Positions 47,520-57,366 of a DNA stretch of 64,000 bases are shown here, piece after piece. This DNA comes from Klebsiella phage K64-1: sequence record AB897757.1, one strand, 5' to 3'. A program made the translations under genes and the position numbers. The number at the start of each line of letters is the position of its first letter. Position 1 is the stretch's first letter. The notes under the pieces are model-generated. The model was not told where the DNA came from, searched no databases, and saw nothing but the letters and a program-made list of their open reading frames with translations.

Positions 47520-49682
47520 ATGGCTGGTACAAGTACGGATTATCTATTACAACAATTGTTAACCAGTAATGAAAAAGCTAATGATAATTTATCTGCGATG
47601 AGAGATTTATTATCAGAAAATTTGAAAAAAAACGGTTCAAATAATAACAATAATAATAATCCAGGAAACGGAAATAATAGAAGAAAGAAAGAAAAGATAT
47701 CATTAAATGATGCTTTAAAAAATATATCCAGAGATGTTAGTGGATTTAGTAGAACTCTCATTAACGGTAGTGCGGATGTTGGAACTGTTACGAATTCGCT
47801 TGGTACCGGAATGAGTAGTGTAATCGGTACATTAGGAAAGGCTGTTCCAGCTATTAGTGGTGTAACTACTGCATTCCAGTTACTAATTGAAGCAGGACTA
47901 TCTGTTTATAATTATCTAAATCAACAACTGGAAATGTATAATAAAATTAATTCCAGTGGTGTTAGTTTATCAAATGGTATGAACTCTATTCGTACTGGTA
48001 GTGCTAATGCGTTAATGAGTATGGACAAATTCGGTAATTCCGTAGTAAAACATGCTGGTGTTATTGCACAATTAAATGGTATATACGGTGATGGTGTTAA
48101 GGAATATGGTGATTTGCTTGGAACATTACAATTAGCACAGGATAAAATAGGTATATATGGTGTATCACAGGAACAAATGGCAGACTTAACCGCGAGGAAT
48201 ATTAAATTCCAGAAACAATTTGGTGGTGCAGAATTAATTAGACAAACTAACCAGGAAAAAAGCACACAAGAATTTATTAAAAATATGACAACTTTTAGTA
48301 AATCAATGGGTGAATCAGTTGATGCAATTTTAAAGAAAACTCAGGATTTTGATAATTCACTTGATGCTCGTGGTTTAGAAGCTGCATTGGAAAACTGGGC
48401 TGGATTAAGTAATAAAGCTGCTACATTAACTACTGATGCATTTATTCAAGCTGCTGCCGGTATGGGTGACGCAGGAAAATCTTTTTTTAAAATAATTTCA
48501 TCACAAGCTGTAACTGGTGCATTACCTACTGAATATATGACTGGTGTTATTGCAGAATTTGCCGAAGAAAACAAAAAAATGTTTATGGGTGGTATTACTG
48601 ATGCAAAGGAAATACGCTCAGCTAACATCAAATGGGTTAGAATGCATAAAGATCAGATTAAGCGTGACATGATGAACCAGATACAACTTGGAAACATCGA
48701 AGCTGCTAACTTCAACCGAAATCTTCTTGATCTGGAAGCGTCTGCAAATGATCCAAAAAATGGACCAAAACAACGTTTAGAGGAATTAACTAATAGATTT
48801 AATAATTGGATTAGTAATACATTTATAAAGCCATTTAATCTTTTAATGGATGCTGGGGTTACATGGTTATTAGATATTTCAGATCAAACAACATCATTTA
48901 ACCAATTTATATCTACTGTATTCAGTCAGGGAATCGACAAAATAATGAGTATGGTAACTAACTTTTTTAAGAACTTTCCAGTACTTAGTGATATAGGAAA
49001 AACTTTATTCGGTGATTCTTATAATACATTGGTTGATAATGTTGGTGGTTTTATTGGTAATTTAGTAAAAATACCTATACAACTGATATCAGTTGTAACC
49101 GATATATGGAATGGTAATTTAGCTGGTGCAAGGGAAACTGTACAAAATGCAATTGCTTCATTTAAACAGAATTTCTTGGGTATGTGGGAAGGTATAAAAG
49201 ATATCAAATTCAGTTTCAGTGACGTTAAAGACCGCTTGGTTAATATTGTAGAAACACTAAAAAATAAATTAATTAATGCATTTGACATTCTTAAATATGT
49301 TTTCGGTGTCAGTGATGAAATGCCAAAAACTGAAAATACAAAAACACCAAGTGCTGAAAAACCAAAAAATGAAAACATAAATACACCCAGTAACAGTAAA
49401 CCGACTGTTAATGATAATAACAGAAAACAACCACAAGTTGATCAAAATGCTTCTAATTATACCCCACCAACTCGTGTGGATGAAGCTCAAGATAATTACA
49501 AAAAATCTCCTGATGATGAAAAAGTTGATAATAATTTACAACCAGTAAATTACGATGAATCAATGGTTGAATTATTAGGACGTGTAACATCTGCGTTAGA
49601 AAAAGCTAACGAATACAATGTACAGAATTCAAATTATCTTAGAACTATATCTGATAATACTCAAATACAACGTAATAGTTAA
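47520..49682 (+). CDS. Q/N-rich 720-aa virion protein (possible tape-measure-like or ejected internal protein)
   Basis: Poly-Asn tract NNNNNNNPGNGNN; G/S/N-rich, largely helical-looking sequence; immediately upstream of and overlapping the portal gene; no family recognised. Confidence 0.35.
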   Translation: MAGTSTDYLLQQLLTSNEKANDNLSAMRDLLSENLKKNGSNNNNNNNPGNGNNRRKKEKISLNDALKNISRDVSGFSRTLINGSADVGTVTNSLGTGMSSVIGTLGKAVPAISGVTTAFQLLIEAGLSVYNYLNQQLEMYNKINSSGVSLSNGMNSIRTGSANALMSMDKFGNSVVKHAGVIAQLNGIYGDGVKEYGDLLGTLQLAQDKIGIYGVSQEQMADLTARNIKFQKQFGGAELIRQTNQEKSTQEFIKNMTTFSKSMGESVDAILKKTQDFDNSLDARGLEAALENWAGLSNKAATLTTDAFIQAAAGMGDAGKSFFKIISSQAVTGALPTEYMTGVIAEFAEENKKMFMGGITDAKEIRSANIKWVRMHKDQIKRDMMNQIQLGNIEAANFNRNLLDLEASANDPKNGPKQRLEELTNRFNNWISNTFIKPFNLLMDAGVTWLLDISDQTTSFNQFISTVFSQGIDKIMSMVTNFFKNFPVLSDIGKTLFGDSYNTLVDNVGGFIGNLVKIPIQLISVVTDIWNGNLAGARETVQNAIASFKQNFLGMWEGIKDIKFSFSDVKDRLVNIVETLKNKLINAFDILKYVFGVSDEMPKTENTKTPSAEKPKNENINTPSNSKPTVNDNNRKQPQVDQNASNYTPPTRVDEAQDNYKKSPDDEKVDNNLQPVNYDESMVELLGRVTSALEKANEYNVQNSNYLRTISDNTQIQRNS

Positions 49683-49694
49683 GGAAGTTAATAA

Positions 49695-51428
49695 ATGTCA
49701 TGGAAACGTCACATGAGTACTGCTCGACCACGAGTATCAGTACAAAAAAATACAAGTTCAGATAAAGCGGCAGGAAGCAAGTCAAATTTTGCTTCTTATC
49801 TTCCACAAGTATATCAAGGATTACCAAATCGAACTGATCGATATCGACAATATGAAGAAATGGATCAAGATCCTGAAATCAGAACTGCATTGAATATCAT
49901 TGCTGATTTCTGTACTCAGAGTGATGTTGATTTTGGATTACCTTACAAAATTAAGTACAAAGATAATATCGGTGATACTGAAGTTACTACAATCGAAGAC
50001 CGCCTGGATGCATGGACTGACCAGAATGATTTTAAAATCAGAATGTATGAAATTGTACGCGGTTTGTTGAAATATGGTGATCAATTTTTTATTCGTGATC
50101 CAGAAACTTATGATTGGTACTGGGTTGATCCTAGTAATGTTGAACAGGTATTTGTAAACCAGGCAACAGGTAAAAACCCTGTGGTTTATTATATCAGGGA
50201 TGTATCTTTGAATCTAAAAGATAAAGTACTTAGTAATGTACATATTGGATTTAACCAAAGTGCTTATACTGGTGCTGCACCTAATTTACTTGGTTCTAAT
50301 TCATCCGCTGCATCAGTTGGTGGATTGGCTGGGATTACAAGTTCTGGCTCTTCTGGTTCATCAGATCCATTTAATACAAGTGGTAGAATGGATGTATTAC
50401 CAGTTGCTGCTGAACACGTCATTCATTTTAGTCTAAACACAGGACAAGATGGTGTGTGGCCATTTGGTACCAGTATTCTGGAAAATGTTTTTAAAACATA
50501 TAAGCAAAAATCACTTCTTGAAGACAGCATTATTATATATCGAGTACAACGTGCACCTGAACGAAGGGTATTCCGTATTGATGTAGGTGATATGCAAACT
50601 CATCAGGCAATGGCTTATGTTGAACGTTTTAAAAATGAAATTCATCAACGAAGAATTCCTTCAAATAAAGGAGGAAGTACTTCAATGATGGATGCAGCAT
50701 ATAACCCATTAAGTATTTTAGAAGATTACTACTTCCCACAAACTGCTGATGGTCGTGGTTCATCCGTTGATACATTACCAGGTGGCGACAATCTTGGGCA
50801 GATTGATGATTTGAGATACTTTAATAATAAACTTATTAGGGGATTACAAATTCCTTCATCATATCTACCACAAGGTCCAGATGATGGAGGTGTTTCATTA
50901 TTTGGTGATGGTGCAACTCAGGCAATGGCAAGTGAAATTCGTTTTAATAATGAATGTATGCGTTATCAACGTCTGGTAGCAAAAGTATTCGATGCTGAAT
51001 TTAAACGATTTATGCTACATAACGGTTATAACATAAGTACTGCATCATTTGAGGTAGTATTGAATGCACCAATTAACCTTGCAACTTATCGTAGAGCAGA
51101 ACTGGATGCTAAATTGATTACTACCTACTTACCTCTTAATGATTTACCATATATGGCAAAACAAACCATTCTACAAAAAATGGGCTTTGAACAGAAAGAT
51201 ATTGTACAGAATGAAGAATTACTTCGTCAGGAACTTGGTATGGATATTAACACCGCTAATAGTACTGAACAAGCATCACTTCAATCAGTCGGTATTGAAG
51301 CACCAAATAATTCTGAACAAGATCTCGGTGTAGATGAAAATGGTGAGCTAGAAAGTGCAGATAAAGAATATCAGGATTCACAAGAAACATCAAATTTTAA
51401 CCCAAATGGTTTAGGTGATTCTTTTTAA
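49695..51428 (+). CDS. gp20: portal vertex protein gp20
   Basis: IIYRVQRAPERRVFRIDVGDM...MMDAAYNPLSILEDYYFPQTADGRGSSVDTLPGGDNLGQIDDLRYF parallels T4 gp20 [21 protein letters not shown]...[21 protein letters not shown]. Confidence 0.85.
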   Translation: MSWKRHMSTARPRVSVQKNTSSDKAAGSKSNFASYLPQVYQGLPNRTDRYRQYEEMDQDPEIRTALNIIADFCTQSDVDFGLPYKIKYKDNIGDTEVTTIEDRLDAWTDQNDFKIRMYEIVRGLLKYGDQFFIRDPETYDWYWVDPSNVEQVFVNQATGKNPVVYYIRDVSLNLKDKVLSNVHIGFNQSAYTGAAPNLLGSNSSAASVGGLAGITSSGSSGSSDPFNTSGRMDVLPVAAEHVIHFSLNTGQDGVWPFGTSILENVFKTYKQKSLLEDSIIIYRVQRAPERRVFRIDVGDMQTHQAMAYVERFKNEIHQRRIPSNKGGSTSMMDAAYNPLSILEDYYFPQTADGRGSSVDTLPGGDNLGQIDDLRYFNNKLIRGLQIPSSYLPQGPDDGGVSLFGDGATQAMASEIRFNNECMRYQRLVAKVFDAEFKRFMLHNGYNISTASFEVVLNAPINLATYRRAELDAKLITTYLPLNDLPYMAKQTILQKMGFEQKDIVQNEELLRQELGMDINTANSTEQASLQSVGIEAPNNSEQDLGVDENGELESADKEYQDSQETSNFNPNGLGDSF

Positions 51429-51461
51429 AAATAAATAAAAGAGTACAAAAGGAATACTATC

Positions 51462-51692
51462 ATGCTTTTTAAAGATATTTTTGAGAGTACCAATGATTCA
51501 ATGTACGATCCAGAAGACGATAAAAGTGTATATAAAATTACAGATACTCGCAAACCAAAATTAACTTTGCAGGCTCTGAATAATCTACGCAAGTACAGAG
51601 AATTTAAAGCTAAAGAAGACCAAAACCGAGATGCAAATGTAGCTGCTCTGTATAAATCTTCTCATGCTGCACCGAATAACGGTGAAATGTAA
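51462..51692 (+). CDS. small head-module protein (gp67-like prohead core candidate by position)
   Basis: 76-aa ORF between portal and protease genes, RBS aaaaggaatactatcATG. Confidence 0.35.
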   Translation: MLFKDIFESTNDSMYDPEDDKSVYKITDTRKPKLTLQALNNLRKYREFKAKEDQNRDANVAALYKSSHAAPNNGEM

Positions 51693-51697
51693 TATAT

Positions 51698-51741
51698 AAA
51701 AATGGCATTTTTTAAGCTCTTTTAATAATGCCATTTTTCAT
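51698..51741 (+). terminator. hairpin with U-tract (weak terminator/attenuator)
   Basis: aaaatggcatt ... aatgccatttt 11-bp stem with a 17-nt loop followed by tcatt. Confidence 0.35.
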
Positions 51742-51788
51742 TAAACTAAATACTACATATTAATGATTAAAATCATTAGGAGAATATA

Positions 51789-52562
51789 ATGGCTAATCTA
51801 AAACTACTACAAGAAGCGATTCAGGCTTTTGCAAATGGCGAGCAAGAAGTCGCGGATACTAAAATGCGTCAATATTTCATTGAAGCTGCAAGTGATATTA
51901 ATAAAAAACTTGAAGAAGAAATGGAAGACGAAACTGACGATGAAGTAATGGAAGACTTCTCTATGTCTCCATCTCAAGATCTGAATACCGATGTACAATA
52001 CCCAATGGAAGAAGCTGAAGAAGAACCAACTGACGTTGAAGTTGATTTCCAAGCTGATGATGAAGGTGCAGATGATTCTGCTGAAGCAGAACTACCAAGT
52101 GCTGATCAATGGGCTGATATCCAGGATGCATATCGCGGTCTACAGAAAATGTTTGATGAAATCGCTGGTTCCGACGAAGTTGAACTAGGTGACGAAGAAG
52201 AACCTACTGAAGACGGTTTCGAAGATGTTTCTTTTGGTGACGAAAAAGTTGGTGAATCTTATAAAATGAAAGATGCTCCAAGTGTAGATAAAACTGAAAA
52301 ACCAGGAGTTAACAAAAAGTCTCCAATTGCTTCTACTGCTAAGTCTCCAGTACAAGGTGTTGAACCAATTAAAACTGGTAAAAACACCACTCCAGTAGTT
52401 GACGATACTTTTGACGGTGCTGATGCTGAATCTTTCACTATCCCACGTGATAATGACAATGTTCTTAATAAAGCAACTGATGCAATGAAAGATGCTAAGC
52501 AACCAAAAAATACCGCTACTAAAGCTAGTTCAGTACTACCTAAAAAAGCACCTAAACTATAA
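51789..52562 (+). CDS. highly acidic protein (prohead core / internal protein candidate)
   Basis: 257 aa, D/E-rich throughout; lies between the portal and prohead protease genes, where T4 has core and internal protein genes. Confidence 0.45.
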   Translation: MANLKLLQEAIQAFANGEQEVADTKMRQYFIEAASDINKKLEEEMEDETDDEVMEDFSMSPSQDLNTDVQYPMEEAEEEPTDVEVDFQADDEGADDSAEAELPSADQWADIQDAYRGLQKMFDEIAGSDEVELGDEEEPTEDGFEDVSFGDEKVGESYKMKDAPSVDKTEKPGVNKKSPIASTAKSPVQGVEPIKTGKNTTPVVDDTFDGADAESFTIPRDNDNVLNKATDAMKDAKQPKNTATKASSVLPKKAPKL

Positions 52563-52586
52563 TCATAAAAGGGAGATCATTTAAAT

Positions 52587-53207
52587 ATGAGTATGCTACG
52601 TGAATGGTCTTCATTCGAGGATTCTAAAGTACTAACTGAATACAGAGATAATGGTGTAGGTGGTAAAGATTGTTATCTGCGTGGAATTGCTATTCAGGCA
52701 GATAAAAGAAATCACAACGAACGTGTATATCCACTGAACGAAATTACTAAAGCAGTCCAAAACATGCAACAGCGTATTGCCAGTACTGGTGGTATTGCTG
52801 TTGAATGTGATCACCCAGAATCATTGAACATTAATATGGATCGTGTTGCTGGTATGATTACTAAAGTGTGGATGGAAGGTTCTAATGGTATGGCTGAAAT
52901 TAAACTATTCAATACTGATCATGGAAAAAATATTCGTGCGATGATTGAAGGTGGTCTTCGTCCTGGTGTTAGTTCCCGTGGCTCTGGTAATGTTGATTAT
53001 AATGGTGTTGTTAGTGATTTCGAAATTGTTACTATTGATATTGTAGCTCAACCTAGTGCTCCTGATGCTTATCCAATGGCAGTATTTGAGTCTCTTAATA
53101 ATAAGTATGGATATGGACAAACGCAGAAACCTGTTAATGAATCAAAGTCAGTTTCTAAAAATATGGATTCTGAAATCTATGATTTTTTCAAGAAATTAAA
53201 AGGTTAA
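52587..53207 (+). CDS. gp21: prohead core protease gp21
   Basis: ERVYPLNEITKAV, ECDHPES, GLRPGVSSRGSG and AQPSAPDAYP parallel T4 gp21 KRLYPKRILEKAV, GELNHP, GVSSRGLG, GPSAPDAW. Confidence 0.8.
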   Translation: MSMLREWSSFEDSKVLTEYRDNGVGGKDCYLRGIAIQADKRNHNERVYPLNEITKAVQNMQQRIASTGGIAVECDHPESLNINMDRVAGMITKVWMEGSNGMAEIKLFNTDHGKNIRAMIEGGLRPGVSSRGSGNVDYNGVVSDFEIVTIDIVAQPSAPDAYPMAVFESLNNKYGYGQTQKPVNESKSVSKNMDSEIYDFFKKLKG

Positions 53208-53251
53208 TATTTTTATAAACATAAATATTTGTATATTAAAGGAGATGTAAA

Positions 53252-54364
53252 ATGACTAAATTGGAAAAGCTTCTAAAAGAATCATCCCTTTCTGATGAAG
53301 CAAAACAACTCATCCAGGAAGCATGGAATGAAGAAAAAAATAATCTAGCCGCAGAAATGCGTCAGGAAATGAAAGAACGTTATAAACAAGATCTTGCTGA
53401 ACTAACTGAAGGTCTTGATCAGATGATGAGTACTGTTATCGCTGAAGAAATGAATGCGGTATATGATGAAAAACGCAAACTCGTTGAAGATCGCGTAACT
53501 CTTCGTAAAACTCTGAGTAATTTCTCTGGTTTTGCTAATTCAGTACTAGCTGAAGAAGTGAAACAAATGCGTAATGAACGTAAACTTATTAAAGAAAGTA
53601 TGAATAAATTCGTCAATTTCTCTAATAACATTCTTGCAGAAGAACTTAAAGAATTCCACGTTGAAAAACGTCAACTGGTAGAAAGTCGTGTTAAATTGCT
53701 TGCTGAAGGTTCTAAAAAAATCAATGAAGCTCGTGATAATTTTATTAAACGTACTTCCGAAAGTGCTGCAAAATATATTACTGAAACTACACAGAAACAT
53801 CTTAGTGCACTAAAACAGGATATCGCTGAAGCTAAGCAAAATACTTTCGGGCGTAAACTATATGAAGCATTTTCTAATGAATTTTATTCACAACAATTCA
53901 ATGAAAATGTTCTACTACGTTCACTGAATGAATCTCTGAAAACTAAAGAAGATGAAATTGTTCAAGTTAAACAAGCTCTTTCAGAAAGTACCAAAGCAGT
54001 TAAAGAAGTTCAACATAAACTTCGTGTTATGGAAGATACTCAAGCACGAAATGCAATTATCTCTGAACTAACTAAACCGCTTAATGTACAACAAAAGCAA
54101 ATTATGGAATCACTTCTGGCTACTTCTCCAACTGAAAAGCTAAAAGACGATTTCAATAAGTACCACAAGTCAGTACTTAATGGTACTAAAGTAACAGAAT
54201 CTGTAAAAGACGTTCAACCTAAAAAGAAAACTCTTTCAGAAGGTTCAGTTGTTACCGGCAATCGCCAACAAGCAAAAGTTATCGTTGAAAATTCAGAAAT
54301 TGATGAAGACGATATGAAGTACCTCGAAGAACTATCTATTCTAAGTGGTATTATTAAAAAGTAA
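53252..54364 (+). CDS. gp22: prohead scaffold protein gp22-like (coiled-coil)
   Basis: 370 aa, charged heptad-like sequence throughout; position between the protease and the major capsid gene. Confidence 0.6.
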   Translation: MTKLEKLLKESSLSDEAKQLIQEAWNEEKNNLAAEMRQEMKERYKQDLAELTEGLDQMMSTVIAEEMNAVYDEKRKLVEDRVTLRKTLSNFSGFANSVLAEEVKQMRNERKLIKESMNKFVNFSNNILAEELKEFHVEKRQLVESRVKLLAEGSKKINEARDNFIKRTSESAAKYITETTQKHLSALKQDIAEAKQNTFGRKLYEAFSNEFYSQQFNENVLLRSLNESLKTKEDEIVQVKQALSESTKAVKEVQHKLRVMEDTQARNAIISELTKPLNVQQKQIMESLLATSPTEKLKDDFNKYHKSVLNGTKVTESVKDVQPKKKTLSEGSVVTGNRQQAKVIVENSEIDEDDMKYLEELSILSGIIKK

Positions 54365-54459
54365 TATTTTTAACGCATATTTTAACCACCTTTTTCAGTA
54401 CTGATAAATAACTTTATATTGAAAAAGATTTTAATAAAATTATCTAAAGGAGACTTTAA

Positions 54460-54765
54460 ATGTCTAATAAACTACTAACTGAATCTCAATGGGCCGCGAC
54501 CAAAGAACGTATTACCGAAGGTCTAAAAGGCAGTCGTAAACGTGTGATGGATATTACTATGGATAACTATCGTCGTGAGCGTGCATTATTTGAATCTGCT
54601 ACTGCTGGTGCTACCACTGCTGGTAACATTGCTTCTGTTAACAAAGTAATTCTACCAATCATGCGTCGTGTATATTGGTGTACAACCAATGACTGGTCCA
54701 TACTGCCAGATTCATACTCTACGTGTTCAATATGCAACCAATGCTCCAGGTGTTGCTGCTGGTGA
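54460..54765 (+). pseudogene. gp23: major capsid protein gp23, N-terminal segment (frame A); the frame is lost after IMRRVY
   Basis: TTAGNIASVNKVILPIMRRVY parallels T4 gp23 AAGQTSGAVTQIGPAVMGMVRRAIP; the remaining residues of this ORF are nonsense (Cys/Trp-rich) before a TGA. Confidence 0.6.
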
Positions 54766-55615
54766 AGAAGCTCTATCTCCATACAAAATCGCCAAATCTT
54801 ATACTGGTGAACTGAATTCTGATAACACTAGCCCACAAGCCGCTCCTACTTCTCAACTAGAAGGTACTATGGGTCGTCAGGTAAATATCAACATTCTACG
54901 TGAAATCGTTGAAGCCAAATCCCGTCGTCTCTCTGCTCGTTGGACTGTTGAATCTATGCAAGATGCACAATCTCAACACGGTGTTGATATTGAAGCTGAA
55001 CTGGTTAACGCAATTGCTCAAGAAATTACTGTAGAAATCGACCAAGAACTACTTTCTCGTCTACGTGCACTACCTGGTGCTCCAGCAGTGACCTATGACC
55101 AAACCAAAGTAACTGGTGTTGCTACTTTTATTGCTGATGAACACGCTTCTCTGGCAATTCTAATCAACCGTCAGGCAAACGAAATTGCTCGTCGTACCAA
55201 ACGTGGTGCAGCTAACTGGGCTGTTGTTTCTCCAGAAGCACTATCTATTATTCAGTCTGCAACTACTTCTAGTTTTGCACGCAGTACTGAAGGTACTTTC
55301 GAAGCACCAACCAACGTTAAATTTGCTGGTACTCTAAATGGTACTATGCGTATCTACGTTGATACCTATGCTTCTGATCTGGAAGATATCCTGATTGGTT
55401 ATAAAGGTGCTAACGAAACTGACGCTGGTGCATTCTATTGCCCATACGTTCCACTGATGGCTACCGGTACTGTAATGGATCCAAATACCTCCGAGCTAGT
55501 GACTTCCTTCCTGACTCGTTACGGTTATCTGGAATTCGTGGATTCATCCTCTTCCTTTGCAAACTCAGCCGATTACTTCAGCAAAATTGCTGTTCGTAAC
55601 GTTACTTTCATGTAA
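54668..55615 (+). CDS. gp23: major capsid protein gp23, main body (frame B, +1 relative to the N-terminal segment)
   Basis: GVQPM, INILREIVEAKSRRLSARWTVESMQDAQSQHGVDIEAELVNAIAQEI, IARRTKRGAANWAVVSPEAL, MRIYVDTYASD...IGYKGANETDAGAFYCPYVPLM match T4 gp23 blocks. Confidence 0.8.
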   Translation: MYIGVQPMTGPYCQIHTLRVQYATNAPGVAAGEEALSPYKIAKSYTGELNSDNTSPQAAPTSQLEGTMGRQVNINILREIVEAKSRRLSARWTVESMQDAQSQHGVDIEAELVNAIAQEITVEIDQELLSRLRALPGAPAVTYDQTKVTGVATFIADEHASLAILINRQANEIARRTKRGAANWAVVSPEALSIIQSATTSSFARSTEGTFEAPTNVKFAGTLNGTMRIYVDTYASDLEDILIGYKGANETDAGAFYCPYVPLMATGTVMDPNTSELVTSFLTRYGYLEFVDSSSSFANSADYFSKIAVRNVTFM

Positions 55616-55659
55616 TAAAATAAAAAAACTAAAAATAATATAAAATATTGTATTTTTTA

Positions 55660-55690
55660 TGGGACTTCACTTTGAAGTCCCATTTTTTAT
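55660..55690 (+). terminator. rho-independent terminator after the capsid gene
   Basis: tgggacttca-ctt-tgaagtccca followed by a T6 run. Confidence 0.75.
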
Positions 55691-55730
55691 AGCATTAATT
55701 TGTTGAACAAAGTAACAAGGATGTTTTATA

Positions 55731-56957
55731 ATGATGACATTTGATGAAGTGCATGAACAATTTATTAAAATTGGTAATAAGAGAGAACCATCTTATTTTA
55801 AAAAAATAATTTTAAAAGAAATTGAAATGTATAATTTAAATTATGAATTTATTGGGTTTAATATTAATTCTATTATTGAATTTAAAGGAGCAAGAACGAA
55901 GTTAGTACTAAAATGTCCAGTACATGGTATTTTTTCTGATTGTACTTTCAATAATTTTACAAAATCTAATGCACAGGGTCGCCGCTGTCCTGAATGTGCT
56001 AAAGAATCTAAAGCTTTGAAACAACGTTGTTGTACTGAAGAATTTATTGAAAAATGTAAAAGAGTACATAATGATTTTTATGATTACAGTAAGACTATAT
56101 ACGGAAAAAATGCTCATGAACACGTTGTTGTTACCTGTAAATTACCAAATCATGGAGATTTCAAAATACGTCCTTCATGTCATTATAATAAAGCACAAGG
56201 TTGTCCTATATGTGCAAAAGAAAAAAGAAAAATTGATGAACAGGATATAATAACCAGATTAAATGAAATACATAATAATCACTTTGGATTTGATAAATTC
56301 GTATATAATGGATCGGAAAATAAATCTATAGTAACTTGTTTAGTGCATAATAAAAATTATGAAGTTAAAGTTGGGAGTTTACTTTATGATCATGGCTGTG
56401 CATTGTGTTCAACAAGAGCAAAACACACAAAAGAATCATTCATATCGATGGCAGTACTGAAACATGGTAATGTATATGATTACAGTAAAGTACAATATGT
56501 AGATTTATTCACTAAAGTTGAAGTTGTTTGTAATAAAGATAATCATGGTTCATTCTTTATTACTCCAACAAGTCATATACATGGTTTAAAACCAAATGCA
56601 TGTCCAAAATGTTCAAAATATGGATTTCAACCAAATAAACCTGGATTCTTTTATATTCAAAAAATAACTAATTCATGTAAAGAAGTTATATCTTATAAGT
56701 ACGGTATTACATGTGATTTAATAAGACGATTGAATGAGCATAACAGAAATTCTATATATGTGCATGAATATATTTTTCATGAATACTTTGATAATGGGTA
56801 TGAAGCAATTGAACTTGAAAAGCTTATAAAAAAATCAATTCCTTCTTGGTATTTGAATTCTAATGAATTTGGTGATGGTTTCACTGAAACATACGATCCT
56901 AAATACCACAAAGATGTTATTAATATAATCAAAAAACAACAAAGGAGAAATCCATGA
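55731..56957 (+). CDS. zinc-ribbon-repeat protein with C-terminal GIY-YIG nuclease domain (homing-endonuclease-like), paralogue of 44702-45733
   Basis: Five cysteine-pair modules (CPVHG..C, RCPECAKE, GCPICAKE, CALCSTR, CPKCSKYG) then GFFYIQK...SYKYGIT...R...NEH...E...FGDGFTET. Confidence 0.55.
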   Translation: MMTFDEVHEQFIKIGNKREPSYFKKIILKEIEMYNLNYEFIGFNINSIIEFKGARTKLVLKCPVHGIFSDCTFNNFTKSNAQGRRCPECAKESKALKQRCCTEEFIEKCKRVHNDFYDYSKTIYGKNAHEHVVVTCKLPNHGDFKIRPSCHYNKAQGCPICAKEKRKIDEQDIITRLNEIHNNHFGFDKFVYNGSENKSIVTCLVHNKNYEVKVGSLLYDHGCALCSTRAKHTKESFISMAVLKHGNVYDYSKVQYVDLFTKVEVVCNKDNHGSFFITPTSHIHGLKPNACPKCSKYGFQPNKPGFFYIQKITNSCKEVISYKYGITCDLIRRLNEHNRNSIYVHEYIFHEYFDNGYEAIELEKLIKKSIPSWYLNSNEFGDGFTETYDPKYHKDVINIIKKQQRRNP

Positions 56958-57307
56958 AAACTGTAGTAGTATTCAAAACAATTAAGGAAGAATACATAAA
57001 AAGCTCAGTATCTAATATGAAAACGTTTGTTCCACAAGGAACACTTGTTGCATTTGATGAGAATGATTCAATACTGTATTATTCGGATGATAGATTAGAA
57101 TTCAGTACAGAAAAATTTATAGATATTGCAATGATAGTTGATACTGAAGAAATGGAATACTCAGAGTACATGAAAAAGTACAAAGATTACCTTATGAAGT
57201 TTCATGGTAATGCACCTGTGATTAAATTACATGAATCCAGTGAATTCTCCCCACATAACCCGTTTCAACGTTTGGTTGATTTGGGTGTGTCCTTCAAACT
57301 TTTCTGA
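56954..57307 (+). CDS. hypothetical protein
   Basis: 117-aa ORF overlapping the previous stop codon (ATGA). Confidence 0.35.
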   Translation: MKTVVVFKTIKEEYIKSSVSNMKTFVPQGTLVAFDENDSILYYSDDRLEFSTEKFIDIAMIVDTEEMEYSEYMKKYKDYLMKFHGNAPVIKLHESSEFSPHNPFQRLVDLGVSFKLF

Positions 57308-57332
57308 ACAAAAATTACCCATATGATATAAT
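57304..57332 (+). promoter_or_regulatory. sigma70-like promoter with extended -10 (TGaTATAAT)
   Basis: ctgaac - 17 nt - tgatataat at 57324-57332. Confidence 0.35.
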
Positions 57333-57366
57333 TTGCGAGAATAAAATTAAAAAAAGGAAATTTTAT

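Noticed and set aside
54567-54782. 71-aa minus-strand ORF across the capsid frame-break
   Set aside because: It is the antisense of a conserved capsid gene and lacks an RBS. The frame-break is better explained on the plus strand.
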